Shown here one piece after another: positions 24,465 to 39,712 of a DNA stretch of 64,000 nucleotides. The DNA lies in the NCBI RefSeq assembly GCF_009914755.1, contig NC_060926.1; one strand, written 5' to 3'. The translations under genes were made by a program, and so were the position numbers. The notes beneath the pieces were generated by a model. It saw nothing but the letters and a program-made list of their open reading frames with translations. It ran no database searches and was not told where the DNA came from. The stretch comes from the human T2T-CHM13v2.0 reference genome, Homo sapiens. How positions within the stretch are numbered: the stretch's first letter is position 1; the number at the start of each line of letters is the position of its first letter.

Positions 24465-25716
24465 ATTAAACATTCATATGCCTGTAAATGAAGCAAGTAT
24501 TCAAGAATTCCTGAGCTGAACAGTTTAAATTTCCTTAAATCTTCTCTACACTGTGATTTGGGGATAGAGATGTGAGTGGGTAATGAACTGAAAAGGAACA
24601 GGGCAGAAAAAGTTAAAATTCACAATTTTGCATAATGACTGCCTCACTGGAACACATCTAATGTTTGATTTTATGTATTAAAGATGCTTCAATAATTGAC
24701 TAAATTTTATGGAGTTTTTGTCTGGAGGTTTTGGTAATGATGTACCTTGTACATAGTAGTATCTTAATATTTTTGGATTGAATAAAAGAAGGAATAAATG
24801 GATTCAACTTGCACATTGGTTGTTGAACTGGTAAATAAAGAATTTTTAGAGTTTGTTCCTCTGCAGGCATTTAAACTGGGATTGATTATTTACTAATCTT
24901 AGGCAACTTTAGTAATGGGAATTGACTAAAGGTAGGAAGATGGCCAGATGAGTGCCTGTCATTCCTTCTGGTCCCATGATTCCAAACAGAATGGATGAAA
25001 CTGTGATATTCAGTTATAGTTTAGGAGTTTCATTTGAATGTTTTCCCTAAGGAAATCTGACAATTTTTATTCTACCATCTTCCCTAAATGTCATAAATGT
25101 GTATGTGACTTCTTTTAAAAAAATTCTTTTATGCTAGTGGATTGTTCAACCTGCTCACACAATGACATTTCTGGGATATTTTCCAATCTTTTCTTCCTCT
25201 TAAAATAGACTGAAACCTCATGTTCCATCTTGGAAAGCATTACATTTACTTGTTATTTGGTATGTGAACTATGTATTTTGAATGCTACTGAAAAGCAATT
25301 CTCTAAAAGACATATAGCTGTCCTCCAGGTTTTTTCCTGGCTTCAATTCTACGTAAGCTTGCAAGTTTGTGTTTGTAATGTTATCAGTTTCTATGTGTGA
25401 AGAAATATGACTTGTTATTGGAACAAAAGAAAGGATAGACAAGATATAGTTAGTAAATATCCTCAGGAGAAAATTCCCAAGGGAATTTCAGGACATCTCT
25501 TCTCTTTCACATAAAATTCCTAAAGGTAGGAATTTAAACTGGAAAAATTAGATAATCCTTGGGGCTTCAAAGTAAATGAAGACAGATAGATTTCATAGAT
25601 AAAGAAAAATGCAAAAGTATTTGCTATTGTACTATCAAGTGATAAGTTAAACAGCTGTCAAAGCCTCTAATAAAAAAGATACAAATCATATAGGCTTTCA
25701 TTATAAAAATATTATA

Positions 25717-25806
25717 CCTGGGAGGCAGAGCTTGCAGTGAGCCAAAATCACGCCACTGCACTCCAGCCTGGGCAGCAGAGTGAGACTCCGTCTCAAAAAA
25801 AAAAAA
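25717..25806 (+). mobile_element. 5'-truncated AluY-like 3' fragment
   Basis: GAGGCAGAGCTTGCAGTGAGCC...GACTCCGTCTC then poly(A); A-rich ATTATA on both flanks. Confidence 0.88.
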
Positions 25807-26004
25807 AATTATAAAGTTAACATTTTAAACTCTGTAAAATATATGTATCCATAAAATGCAACACTCAAAGTGAACAGAAATTCAATGTAAGGAAGAAAAA
25901 TCAAGTATGGTCTGTATACAAAAATAGAAAATGAGTTTCTTTAGATTCTCCACATGATAAAAACAAATAATTTTCCCAAAGGGAATAGACATCTTATCAG
26001 TCTG

Positions 26005-26193
26005 CAAGTGTTTCTCAAAATGAAGTTTAAGGATCACCTGTGTTAATGTTACCTGGAATGCTGGCAAAAATGCATATTCCTTGGTTCCACCTCAGACCTA
26101 AAGAATCACATGCTCCAGGGTGAAGGTGTCCAAACTTGAATTATTGACATGGCTTTGAGGTGATTCTGATGAACATTAAAGTATGAGAACCTG
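26005..26193. mobile_element. MER5-type hAT-Charlie MITE
   Basis: GTGTTTCTCAAA...CCACCTCAGACCTAAAGAATCA...GGTGATTCTGATGAACATTAAAGTATGAGAACC. Confidence 0.75.
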
Positions 26194-26679
26194 GTGCAAC
26201 ATTGTCTAATTTCAGATCACCCAGAAAACAAGGAAATAATAAAATCCCATTGGAAATCCAAAACCTATTTTCCTCAAATAAAAGCAGTCGTATCAAATTG
26301 CTTTCTCATTATCAGTTTACCAATAACATAGTAAAAACATAAAGGTAACTTGTTGATAAGAATATTTAAAAGGGTTTTATTTTCATTCTGGAAAGATTGT
26401 CTTCTAGGTAGAAATAAATCTGAATGAGATTGGTTTGATACTTTAGGGCCTAAGACTGACTTGAATGAAAACATCTGGATACAGTGGTTAGCCCACTGAT
26501 TCAGGAATTATATATACCCTGAACAATTTTCCATGTTCAAAATGCCTGAAATGATTTAGGAAGTGATATTCCTAATGCTAACACCTTACTTAGGAAAACA
26601 CTCTCAGATGAATATCGACCAAAAATAAAAGACCCTACCACTTTGCAAGGCTTATATATCATGAAAGCGGAAAAGAAAC

Positions 26680-26885
26680 TAGTATTTTTTGAGAATTTAC
26701 TATGCATAAAGAATTTATATACATAATCTTAATTCTTTCTACAGGCTTGTATCAGAGGTGTTACTATCCCCAATTTACCACCAAGGGAACTCAGATTCAA
26801 AGAGGATAAGTGTATTGTAAAAGAATCATATAGCTGATAAACGGCAGAGGCAAGGCTTAAACATAATACCTGTCTTAAATGGGCC
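26680..26885 (-). mobile_element. MIR SINE
   Basis: TACTATCCCCAATTTAC...GGAACTCAGATTCAAAGAGGATAAGT MIR core. Confidence 0.7.
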
Positions 26886-27989
26886 CTTAATTCTTCCCAG
26901 GAATTGATGTTGTTTGAGAGTATCACTCTTCCACTTGTCATGAATACTATTTTATATCTTTTCTCTATAAAACTCTCGTTGAAAATCTTGTCTCATAAAT
27001 CTGTGACCCAGTTGTGACAAAGCCTCTCTCGGTCATCCTGTTTTTACCCCAGTGCCTGTGGCTGTCTTCCTGCTGTCCCGGTAACCACTGTCATCTGACC
27101 TAAAACCACGGACTGAGGTGAGCCAGTTCTAGTCATTCCCCTAAGTTTCCTCCGTCTCCCGTGTTCCTCAGGTCAAATATGCACTGAAAGGGTCTCAGAA
27201 AGGCCATATTATGCTGGAGGACAGAAATCATTTTATATGACTTAGTCATGTTTTTGAGTCACCAAAGGAAGGGCCGGGGACCCTCAGACCTTCTAAAAGA
27301 AGGGGTCTCAAGTGGATATTCTCTCTCTCAGGTCTCTCTCTTTCTCTCTCCAGCTTCCATCACTCCCCATTTCTCTCAGTTTTGGAGCTCTTTCTTTTAA
27401 ATCCTACTCAGCTCTACATACTCTGCCCCAGAAAATTCCACTTGTCATCACAAGAGCCACCCCGCTCTTTCTTCCCTCTTGTCTTATACACTAGAATGTT
27501 TCAGGCCATGGCCAGTTGCTAATGAACTTCCTAGTTTGCATAGTTGTTGCTGACTCGGGCCATGGAGGATGTCCTGTGAGTGCAGACCCGTGTGGCTACT
27601 CAAGTTCCAGGTTAGTCTTCCCACTAGCCACAGTGGCTGATTTTCTCATTGTTAAGAAACAAGTATATGTTACCAACACAAGCTTTTAAACAGCCCAGAG
27701 AACATGCAGTCTAGTTCATACAAGGAGGGATCTTCCTCCCATCAGCATAGCTTTAATCTTGCCACTGGCAAAAAAGAAACTCTCCACAGTAATTGAAAAA
27801 AAACCTTTTTTTTTTTTTTTTTTTTTTTTGCCAGCCAAGAAAGGTGGGTGCCAATGTCTATTAGATTTCATAAAAAATTATTTCAGTGCTTTCTGCCTCT
27901 GTCATCTATGGCACAACCCCAAAAGGAGATTTTTGTTCACCTGGTGGAAAGGGCTTTGCCTTCTTATTAGGGTTGTTGAAAATATTCTT

Positions 27990-28470
27990 CTTTTTCTACA
28001 TTTCTCCTTCTGCTGTAATGTAGGAATTCCTCCCATCAAAGAGTAGGCCCTTCATGTGCATTCTGGATTCCAACCCTCATTTTCAGGTCCTTGCTTCATA
28101 ATTTACCACCTATCTTTCTCTCCTGTGTTTATGACTTCTCTTTCTCTACTGGACCATTCTTTCCAATACTCAAATATTATCTAGTACTGCCATGTTAAAA
28201 ACAGGCTTCCTTGACCCCACTTCTCTCTATATCTGCTGGTCTACCTTTCTTCTCCCCTTTCTTGAAAAAATTGTCCCCACTATCATGCTACTTTGGGTCC
28301 CTATCTATTTTCTTTATAGCACTTATCATCATCTGTAATTACATATTTATTTGTTTATTGTATTTCTCTATTAGACTACAAGCCGCATGCAAGCAATGAT
28401 TATTTGTATTTATTTAGACACCTAGCAAAGGTACACAATACCTTTTTGATAAATATTTGTTATGTGAATA
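27990..28470 (+). mobile_element. L2 fragments
   Basis: TTTCTTTATAGCACTTATCA...TAGACTACAAGC...ATAAATATTTGTTATGTGAAT L2 3' end. Confidence 0.6.
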
Positions 28471-28574
28471 GAACATTCTAAATCTAGTGTTCTTCCCACT
28501 GAAGAGTGATAGGGATGGAGGAATTGTGATGCATACGATTTGTTGACTTATGGTCATCATCTGTTTCATTGGTT

Positions 28575-29708
28575 TTATTTTTAAAAACTTTATATTTTAG
28601 AGAAGTTTTAAGTTAAAAATAAATTAAGCAGAAAATACAGAGTTCCCACGTAACCCCTCCCACATACATACAGCCTCCCCATCATCAACATCTCTCAGCA
28701 GCGCACCAGAGTGGTATTTGTTAGAATCGATGAACCAACACTGACACATCACTATCTACCCAAATTCATATTTTACATTAGGGTTCACTCTGTGTTGCAT
28801 ATTCTGTAGGTTTTAACAGATGTATAATAACATGTAGCCACCATTATGGTATTATACAGAATAGTTTCACTGCCTTAAATAGCCCCTTTGCTCTATCTAT
28901 TTATCCCTCCCTCCCCCAAACCCTTGTCAACCACTGATCTTTCTTCTGTTTCCACGCTTTTGCCTTTTCCAGAATGTCACATCATTGGAATCATACAGGG
29001 TTTAGCCTTTTCAGACTGGCCCCTTTCACTTAGCAATATGCATTTAAAGTTCTTCCATTTTTTGAGTGTGGCTTGATAGCTCCTTTATTTTCAGTGCTGA
29101 ATAATATTCCATTGTCTGAATGTACTGCAGTTTATTTACCCATTCACCTTCTGAAGGCCATCTTAGTTGCTTCCAAGCTTTGGCAGTTATGAATAAAACT
29201 GCTATAAACATTTGTGCGTAGGTTTTCATGTGGACATAAGTTTTCAACTAATGTGGGTAAATACCAAGGAGTGTGATTGCTGGATCATATGGTAGGAGTA
29301 TGTTTAGTTTTGTAAGAATCTGCCAAACTCTCTTCCAAAGTGGCTGTACCATTTTGCATTCCCACCAGCAATGAATAAGAGCTCCTTTTGCTCCTGTTTC
29401 CAGCATTTAGTGTTGTCAGTGTTTTGGATTTTAGCCATCCTAATAGACATGTAATAGTATCTCATTTTAATTTGCAATTCCCTAATGTCATATCATATTG
29501 GGAATCTTTCTCTATGATTACTTGACATTTGTATATTTTGTTTGGTGAGGTGTCTATTTATATATTTGCCCATATTTAAATCAGGTTGTTTGTTTTCTTC
29601 TTCTTAAGTTTTAAGAGTTCTATATATATTTTGAATAACAGTCCTTTATCAGGTATGTCTTTTGCAAATATGTCCTCCCAGTCTGTGTCTTGTTTTCTCA
29701 TTCTCTTG
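28575..29708 (-). mobile_element. L1MC1-like 3' end
   Basis: TACAGAGTTCCCA...CAGAGTGGTATTTGTTAGAATCGATGAACC...TTACATTAGGGTTCACTCT; antisense ORF 29044-29247 gives the ORF2 C-terminus. Confidence 0.85.
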
Positions 29709-30929
29709 ATCCTTTCACATTTTACCCTGTCTCTGAAACTTTTTGGCACCCACTCTTCTTCTGTTATTTCTCTTATTATAGAAGAAAATTGTCTGAGAAA
29801 TTCACACTAAGATATAAGTGCCTCATTTTATTTATTTCTCAAAAGAGGACTGAAGGGAAATGACAGGGCTTAACATTAGGAACTAAACTTCTGATGATAG
29901 AATTTAAGTTCTCATGATATTGAAGTGAGGTATTTTTTGGAAGATTTTTTTTTTGTAATTATTCTCCCCAAATATTGGTGACTATAATGTATAGATTGAG
30001 GGTGTTCAGTCACAGAATTTCAGTTTCCTACCACTGTTTGCTTGACACTTGAGATACTTTAAAGAAAAATAAAAAGGAAATATGACTTTATCAGCTGGTA
30101 GTTATCTTAAAGAACTCATCTCAAAATCCCAAGTTCCTAAATATAAATGTATTCAAGAGGGAATCAAGTAACTCCATGGTTGAGTGAATTATATTTGTCA
30201 GACTGTTTGCTTGCAATGGAAATGCAAATCAAATTACATTAGGCAAAAAAGGAAGTATGTTGGCTATGTATCTGTGAATGACAAGCAAGGAACTTTTTCT
30301 GAATGATGCTATTCAATTACTCAGCCCTGTTTGACTTTATTCACAAACAGGATTTCCCCAAATGGTGGGAAATACAGCTCCTTGTAGCCGCAAACTTGTG
30401 TACTTATAGATTACAATCCAAAAAAGAAACCCCCAAATTCTTTACTGTTTATATAGTAAATTTCACTGAAAATTATGATTGTCTGTCTTGGATAATGTGC
30501 CCAAGGAGATGAAGAACTTTATTCATTTAGGGGTCTTGTGCCTATCTCTATGGTCTGAGATGCAAGAAGTTCAATTTCACTTGTACTACAAGAATTTAAT
30601 TAACCCAGGTAAGAGGAAGTTTGTTAAGAAAAGGGTGTGAGAAGCTTAAGACAGCAAAACCAATAGATGTTGGATTTATACATTCCTTATCTGGAATTCA
30701 TATTATTCATTCCCTATTTTCAGAGGGCTCATCAAAAACAGGTTCTTGCTTTGAACAACAGAACACTTTGAGTGACTCACTGGTCAGATGCTGTAAGGTA
30801 TTTTTTTATTTTTATTTTTGCTAAAGCTAAAAATACATTAATCAGTTATGTCTGTAGATGTTTTGAAGACCTAATAAAGAATGAAGAAAATATTCATTTG
30901 TATATTAAGCAGTTATTATTAGGCCTATA

Positions 30930-31228
30930 TTTCTTTTTTTAGAGACAGGGTCTCACTCTGTCACCCAGGCTGGAATGCAGTGGCATGATTCTACCTCACT
31001 GCAATCGAGAACTCCTGGGTTCAAATGATCCTCCTGCCTCAGCCTTCCAAGTAGCTAGTACTACCAGCCACACCACCATACCTGGCTAATTTTTTTTATT
31101 TTAATTTTTTTGTAGAGACAGGTCTTGCTATATTGCCCAGGCTGGTTTTGAACTCTTGGCCTCAAGCCATCTTTCTGCCTTGGCCTCCCAAAATGTTGGG
31201 ATTACAGGCATGAGCCACCCTAACCACC
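30930..31228 (-). mobile_element. AluJ
   Basis: Antisense Alu, flanks TAGGCCTATAT/TAGGCTTATAT. Confidence 0.92.
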
Positions 31229-31649
31229 TAGGCTTATATATTTTTTTGCTCTATTTTATAAATAATTATTTTAGAGTAGAACAGGGAAATAAGAAGTGTT
31301 CGTTATTTTTGGCATAGTTGTGATGATTCTTGTGCAGTTGGTTTTCTCTGCCTGGCGGTAACCAGGCAACAAGAGTTGTCACAAGAATGAACTGTGAAGA
31401 CTGAATTTTTAAAAATTAAGTCTTTAAAAAAATCACCTTCCCATAGTTCATATTTTCTATTTCATCCAAATTCTTTTTAATTTAAATCTTAAAATATAGT
31501 CAAACCTTCAAGATGGAATGCTATATTTTAATCAGTTTTTATTTAGCTGTTATTTAGACATTTTTAGTCAAACTTTAAACATTTTTAGCTATTCTGTTTT
31601 TGCAGTGTTTCTTTGAAAAGCTGGGGAAATAATTTTTGATAATGCTGAT

Positions 31650-31860
31650 GCAGTATAGCACTAAGCCAAAAATTCCGTGTTGGATATTCTTTAGCTAATT
31701 GCTAGTTCCGTGACCCTAGGCCAGTTTCAATGTAGAAGTAAAATAATAGAACTAACCTCATAAGACTGTTTGGAGAATTCAGTGAGATTATGCACACAAA
31801 ACACTTGACATATACCTTGGTACTCAATGAGTGGTTAGTCAATGTTAGTTTATATCAGCT
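31650..31860 (+). mobile_element. MIR SINE
   Basis: GTGACCCTAGGC...TAAAAATAATAGAACTAACCTCATAAGACTGTTTGGAGAATT. Confidence 0.65.
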
Positions 31861-32309
31861 ATGTTAATACTTATCTGTTAAGAGATGCAGAAAATTTCTG
31901 ATTTCAGTAATTATTAGTGTTAACTTCCTGCTTAAGGGGATCACTGCCTGGGGTCGGGAGCTGTCTTTTTAAACATCTGGTTCCAGTGTGAAGGTGAATA
32001 TTTTACAGTCAACTCTTCCATGAGAACTACAGGTGGGAAATGCAGAAATAATCTTAATTGGATGCTCCAAAAGCCATTAGTGGATATTATTCAGAACCAT
32101 TCCTTATTTTGAAGTATGATATATATTTAACAGGTAAAAATGTACATTTTAGATTAGAATTATGTAAAACTTTTATGTGTTGTCCAATAATCACTTACAG
32201 TTTTATCGTTTTCAATAGTTTTATTCTGTTTTTCTTTGTTTATATGTAGGTTAATTTATATTTTTTACCAGCAATCTTACTTCATTTTCTGCTGCCGAAT
32301 AACAGGGAA

Positions 32310-32655
32310 CCTCAGGTTGGGTAAAGAAAAATTTAAGTGGCCCATAGTTTTAGTGGCTGGGAAGACCAAGAGCATGGTGCCGGGATCTGGCAAGAGGCTT
32401 TGTGTTGCATCCTAACATAGTGGAAGTTCAGGTGAGCACACAAGACAGGGAAAGACAAAATGGGATCCAAAATTATCCTTTCATCAGAGCCCACTACTAT
32501 GGTAACTAACTCACTCTCAGGATAATGGGATTAATCCACTCATAAGGGCAGATCCCTTATGACCTAAGCACCTCTTAAAGGTTCACCACATAACACTGTT
32601 ACAATGGCAATTACATTTCAACATGAGTTTTGGAAGGGACATTCAGACAATAGCA
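32310..32655 (-). mobile_element. MST-type MaLR solo LTR, partial
   Basis: GGCTGGGAAGACCAAGAGCATGG...TTTCAACATGAGTTTTGGAAGGGACATTCAGACAATAGCA. Confidence 0.8.
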
Positions 32656-33199
32656 TCAACTAATCATGAAAATAATTTATCTGTTCCTGTTTTAATTTAT
32701 AGATTTGATATTTCAAAAAAAGAAACTGCCCATTAATTTCTTGGTGCATGTGCAATACAATGTGAACAAAACATACAAATTTCGGAATTTTAAAAATCTA
32801 TCTGGAGTTTTCATTTAACTTTGTATTACACTCACCTAAGTAAATTAGAGCCATTAATAATATTTCAACATGTGTACTTATTTTACATCGGAGAATATTT
32901 CTTTTCAAATATTTCAGAGCATATATATTTTCTGTAAATGAGCATACAATTAACAAGTATAACTGCATATTGTCTTTATTAACTGCAAGCATTTATTAAG
33001 TGTCTTCTGTGTGCAATAAATGGGGCAATACTTTGGAATACTAAGAATGAAAAAACAACAAACAAATGAATGAAAAACTCAGTTGATATTAAGTAATTTA
33101 ATGGCCAATGCCCTCAGTGATATTTTCACATTGACTTCAAAGTCAGGTTATACATTTGTATATTTTAATAATGCAAAAATTATGTTAAGGGATATTTCA

Positions 33200-34340
<1,141 letters not shown>

Positions 34341-34879
34341 ATAAAATAATTGGAAAAAAAGGTGATCATCTAGCAGTCTAAGTTGGTTCTAAACTTCTTT
34401 TAAGCACTCTTTCCACCATATCATTTCTTTTGTTGGGGATTTATTTCCCAGTTGAGCTTTGTTGGAAATGAACTTAATTTATAATCTGACAAGTTCAAGA
34501 AAATAGCATTTTATGTTTTGAATTTCTTTCAAATTTGAATGCAATGTAAATTTATTCTTCTGATTTTTAGCTGGCTTGCACAATTAGTCTGAATTTGTGA
34601 AGTTTTATGATTCAGTTTACATTTTTTTCAGATAGCTTTGTGGAAGGTAATTATCTTCTGTTTGAAAACATGAGCTATGATATCATGATATATGAAATTT
34701 GACATTTATTAGTAACAGCTTTTGACATGGTTTTCATCATTGATTTTCTTTCCTCTCTTCCACTTGTTCTAGTTGTACTTTCTTCATTCCAGATGCACAG
34801 AAAAGAAATATTTTATTTATCTTTTATGACACATTGTGAACAATGGTGCTGGAAGAATGAACTTAGAATACAGGTGGTC

Positions 34880-37800
34880 AGGGGGCTGCAAGACGGCTGA
34901 CTAGAGGCACTTGGCACTGGGCACTCACCTGCTTCACAAACAAGGACCAAAACAGCAAATAGATAACCACATGTTGAACAGAGCTTCTAAGAGAGAACAC
35001 TAGCATACAGCAAGAAAGTGACAGGGAACCCCTGAGGTACAGAAGGAGAGGAAAGCAAGGCAGCCATACTGGCCAGGATTGACTTGGAGCCAGGAGAAAT
35101 TCTCCATTATGAGGAAAATGTAAGTGAGAGATTCTCAGTGGTCTACATTCCCATCATGCACTCCTGCAATTCTAGCCACTTGATAAGCCCCTTAGCTCTT
35201 TTGGGCCCTGAGTTAGTACAGGGAGCTGCCTGGTGTCCAGATGACAGCACTGATCCAGAGAGGAAGTGTGTACTGGGTCCCATACATCCCCCGAGACTCA
35301 AGCAGCTGCAGCACAGTATAATTTTGTACTACTCTGGTGGGACTGGGCTCTCAAAATGATGAGATAGTACCTATACATCCACATTTCTGAAGCCTTGTTG
35401 ATATCCCTGACATCAACCCAGAAGGCTGCAATATTGTGACACCAGCTGGACCCGGCAGTGGGAAGAGGGCCCCAGCATTCTAGCCCACTCAGTGTTCTAC
35501 AGTTCAGGGAATAAGCAGTGCAGTGTACCAGGGAGGCTGCATCTGGGACAAAGAGAGGGTGTGCTGCTCGGAGCCAGAGAGCTGCCTGCCTGGAGCCGCT
35601 GCCGCTGACAGAAACCCCACCCCATCTGGCAGCAGGACCACTGTGCATCTGCACACACCTTTAAGTGGTCTGGGAACTAGAACAGTCTTGGGGCCTGAGG
35701 ACAGGCCCATACGGACTGCCACTGCTAGTGCCCAAATATGTTTTTTGGCGGCCTGAAGACAGGCCCACCCAACCTGCCACTGATACCTGCATGCATCTCC
35801 AAGGGAACCAGGGACTGGTTTGCCCAGCCTTCCGCTGCTGCCACCACTGATACCCACTTGTGTTCACCAGCTTGACTGGGGACTAGCCTGCCTGGCCAAC
35901 TGCTGCCTCTGCTGTCAGCCTTAGCATGAGGCTTGGGGCCTGAGGGTTGTCCTGTTGCCACTACTGCCATTGGTGATTCCACACATGCTGAGCAGGGACC
36001 CAAGGACCCATTGGCCTGGCCTACCAATGCCATTACTGGCACCCAAATAAGCTGTCTGGAGGCACAAGGACCAGCATGCTCAGATCTACCACTATTGGCA
36101 TCCCTATTTGGCACCTGGAGGCCCAAAGATCAGCATGCCTGCCATACTGCCAAAAAATTGAAGAGGAGAGAATCTTTCTAAGCATACTAGGAGGCCAGCA
36201 TTAACACTGGTAGCAAAAGCAGACAATGCTGTACATAAAAATAAAACTATAGGCCAGTATCTCTGATGAACATAGAAGCAAAAATCTCAACAAATGCAAA
36301 CCAAATGCAACAACACATCAGAAAGATAATACACTGCGATCAAGTGAGATTTATCCCAGGAATGCAAGGATGGTACAACAGATGCAAATTAATACACATG
36401 ATACATCACATCAACAGAACAAAGGATGAAATACATATGATCGTATCAATAGATACAGAAAAAGGAGTTGACAAAATTTAACATCTCTTCATGATAAAAA
36501 CTCTCAATAATGTAGGAATTAAAGGAATATACCACAACATAATAAGGTTGATGTAAAACAAATCCACGGCTAACATCATGCTGAATGGAGAAAAGCTAAA
36601 AACTTTTCTTTTATGAATTAGGATAAGACAAAGATGCCCACTTTTACCACTCTTATTCAACATACTATTGGAAGTGCTAGTTAGAGCAATCAGGCAAAAG
36701 CTAGAAATAAAAGGCATACAAATCAGAAAGAGGAAGTCAAATTGTCTTTGTAGATGATGTGATATTATATTTAGAAAAGCTTAAAGCCTCTACCAAAAAA
36801 ACTCTTTGAACTGGTAAATTCAGCAAAGTTGTGGGATACAATCAGCAAACAAAAATTAGTAGCATTTAACACACCAATAACAAACTAGCAGAAAAAGAAA
36901 TCAAGAAAACAACATCTTTTGCAATAGCTACAAAAAATAATAAAAGACCTTGGAATAAATTTAACCAAGGAGGTGAAACACTTCTATAATGTAAACTGCA
37001 AAACAATAATGGAAGAAATTAAAGAGGACCCAAACAAATGGAAAGAAATCCCATGCTTATGGATTAGAATAATTAATATTGTTAAAATGACAATACTACC
37101 CAGAGCAATCTACAGATTCAATGCAGTACCCATCAAAATACCAATGATATTTTTCACAGAAGTAGAAAGAACAATCTTAAATTTTGTATGGAACCACGAA
37201 ATACCCAAATAGCCAAACAACCCTGAGCCAAAACAAAATAAAAAACAACAACAACAACAACAAAAAACCCAAAGCTGAAGTTACCACACTACCTGACTTC
37301 AAGATATGCTGCAAAGTTATAGTAATCCTAAAGGCATGATATTGGTATGAAAACAGATACATATAGACCAGTAGAACAGGATAGAAAACCCAGAAATAAA
37401 TTCACATATTTGCCGCCAACCAATTTTTGACAAGGTGCCAAGAATATACATTGGGGAAAAGGCAGTCTTTTCACTAAATGGTGCTAGAGAAACTGGGTAT
37501 CTATATGCAGAAGAATGAAACTAGACCCCTATGTATTACCATATAAAAATCAAATCAAAGTGGATTAGAAACTTACACACAAGACCCAAAACATAAAATT
37601 ATAGACAGAAACATTAGAGGAAATGCTCCCAGGTCATCTAGGCAAAGATTTTATGTCTAAGGCTTCACAAATATAGTCAGAAAAGACAAAAATATCCTAA
37701 TGGGACTATATTAAGCTAAAAAGCTTCTACACAGCAAAGGAAATAAGCAACAGACTGAAGACACAATCTGTAAAATGACAGAAAATATTTACAAATTATC

Positions 37801-38200
37801 CATCTGACAAGTCACTGACATAAGGAACTCAACTCCACAGCAAAAGTCGGCAATGCACATGTACTCCTCAATTTAAAATAAAAGTTACATAAAAAAAAGT
37901 CGACAAAGGATATGAATAATTTTCTTTTAAAAGAATACATACAAATGACCAAGAGTTATGTGAAAAAATATGCTCGCTATTACTAATCATCAGTGAAATG
38001 CAAATCAAAGCCACAATGAGATATCATCTCACCTCAGTTACAACGAGTATTATCAAAAAACCAAAAAATAACAAATGTTGGCCAGGATACAGAGAAAAGG
38101 AACTAAACAGTATGGAGGTTTCTCAAAAAACTAAAAATGGGACTGCCATACAAGCCAGCAACCCTACTCCTGGATATTTATGCAAAGGAAAGGAAAATAA
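34880..38200 (+). mobile_element. Old L1MA/L1M2-type element: 5'UTR (34880-36145) joined to ORF2 RT-to-C-terminal region; ORF1 and EN missing
   Basis: GGGGGCTGCAAGACGGCTGACTAGAGG 5' terminus, GC-rich TGCCACT-type repeats, then ORF2 peptides (36266, 36973, 37998 ORFs). Confidence 0.8.
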
Positions 38201-38497
38201 AATTTTATTTTCTCTTTTTCTTCCACATTTTCATTTTCTACCAAATCAAAGAAATTACATTTACCTTGTATGTTCTGTATCTTCCTGCTTTTCTGCCATT
38301 CTTCATACTATTCCTTCAACCTGGAGTGCCCTTTCCCTCCTTTCTGTATAAACTCTTATCTTTCCAAATCTGACTCAAAGGGCAACTTCCTTAAAGCATT
38401 TTTCCTGATCTACTCCTGCTTTCCCACTTGCCAAAAGGAATTAATTTGTCCTTCCCTTATGCCTCCTCTGCTCTGTGCTATTAGTGCCAAGCAGATT

Positions 38498-39119
38498 TGC
38501 TAATAGCAAAGGTTATTATTAAGTCTACCGCCAGAAAGGCGTATCCATGTACTTATGCCCACTGCATCCTGGGCTACTGTTTAAGTCCACCAGTCACTGA
38601 TTACCAGTTTGTCTAAGTCCAGTGAGACAGAAGATACTCACACACAGATTATGTAAAGCAAGTTAATTACTTATAGGTCAGCAGCAAGAGACAAAAAAAA
38701 AAAAAAACCACCTCAGATCCATTGTGAGCCAGTCTCCCAAGACTCAAGAAAGCTGCCATGGTGGATGGCATCTCGACTGCATATGCTGGACTTTGCACCA
38801 CAGCTGAGGCATCCTGAAAGCCATCCTGCCTTGGTTATATACCTCAGAGGCCACATGACACAGTGGGCAAAGCTTTGAAGGACATCCTGTTGCAGATGAG
38901 AGAGGAGCAAAGTCTGAGCTGTCCCTGGCACTTACTCCCTAACTCAAGATGTTACCTTCTCTGGGAGGGACAGGAACAATGTCCAGGCTGTTTGAGGCAG
39001 TTCCTTCCCGATTTCAGGATATAATATTCCCAGCACATTCTATGGTTATTCTTGAGAACTATGAGCAAGAAAGGGGGAGATCTAGGTTGGTACAAGACCA
39101 CCTGGAGAACTGTCCTGCA
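38498..39119 (-). mobile_element. ERVL solo LTR of the MER73/MER74/LTR47 group
   Basis: Minus strand begins TGCAGGACAGTTCTCCAGGTGG...GTTCTCAAGAATAACCATAGAATGTGCTGGGAAT. Confidence 0.7.
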
Positions 39120-39416
39120 GATCTTTCCTCTATTAGGGGTTTTAAATTCATTGAAAGTATGACATTGGCTGATTTTTATTTATGTTCTATTTCTCAATAT
39201 TCTTGGTATGATGATTTGAACATTAATAGTTTTTTCAAAATTACTTCAAAGAGGATGGATATGAAATCACCATTATAACCTACTAATTACATAGTTACCT
39301 TGAATACCTGAAAACCATAAGAGGATACTTGGGAATATTTTTTTTTATTGTGGTAAACAAACATGTAAAATAAAATTTACCCTGTTAACCATTTTTAAGT
39401 GTACAAGTGAGAACTC

Positions 39417-39712
<296 letters not shown>

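Noticed and set aside
35084-36181. Cluster of overlapping ORFs in GC-rich DNA
   Set aside because: Old L1 5'UTR with low stop density; no recognisable domain
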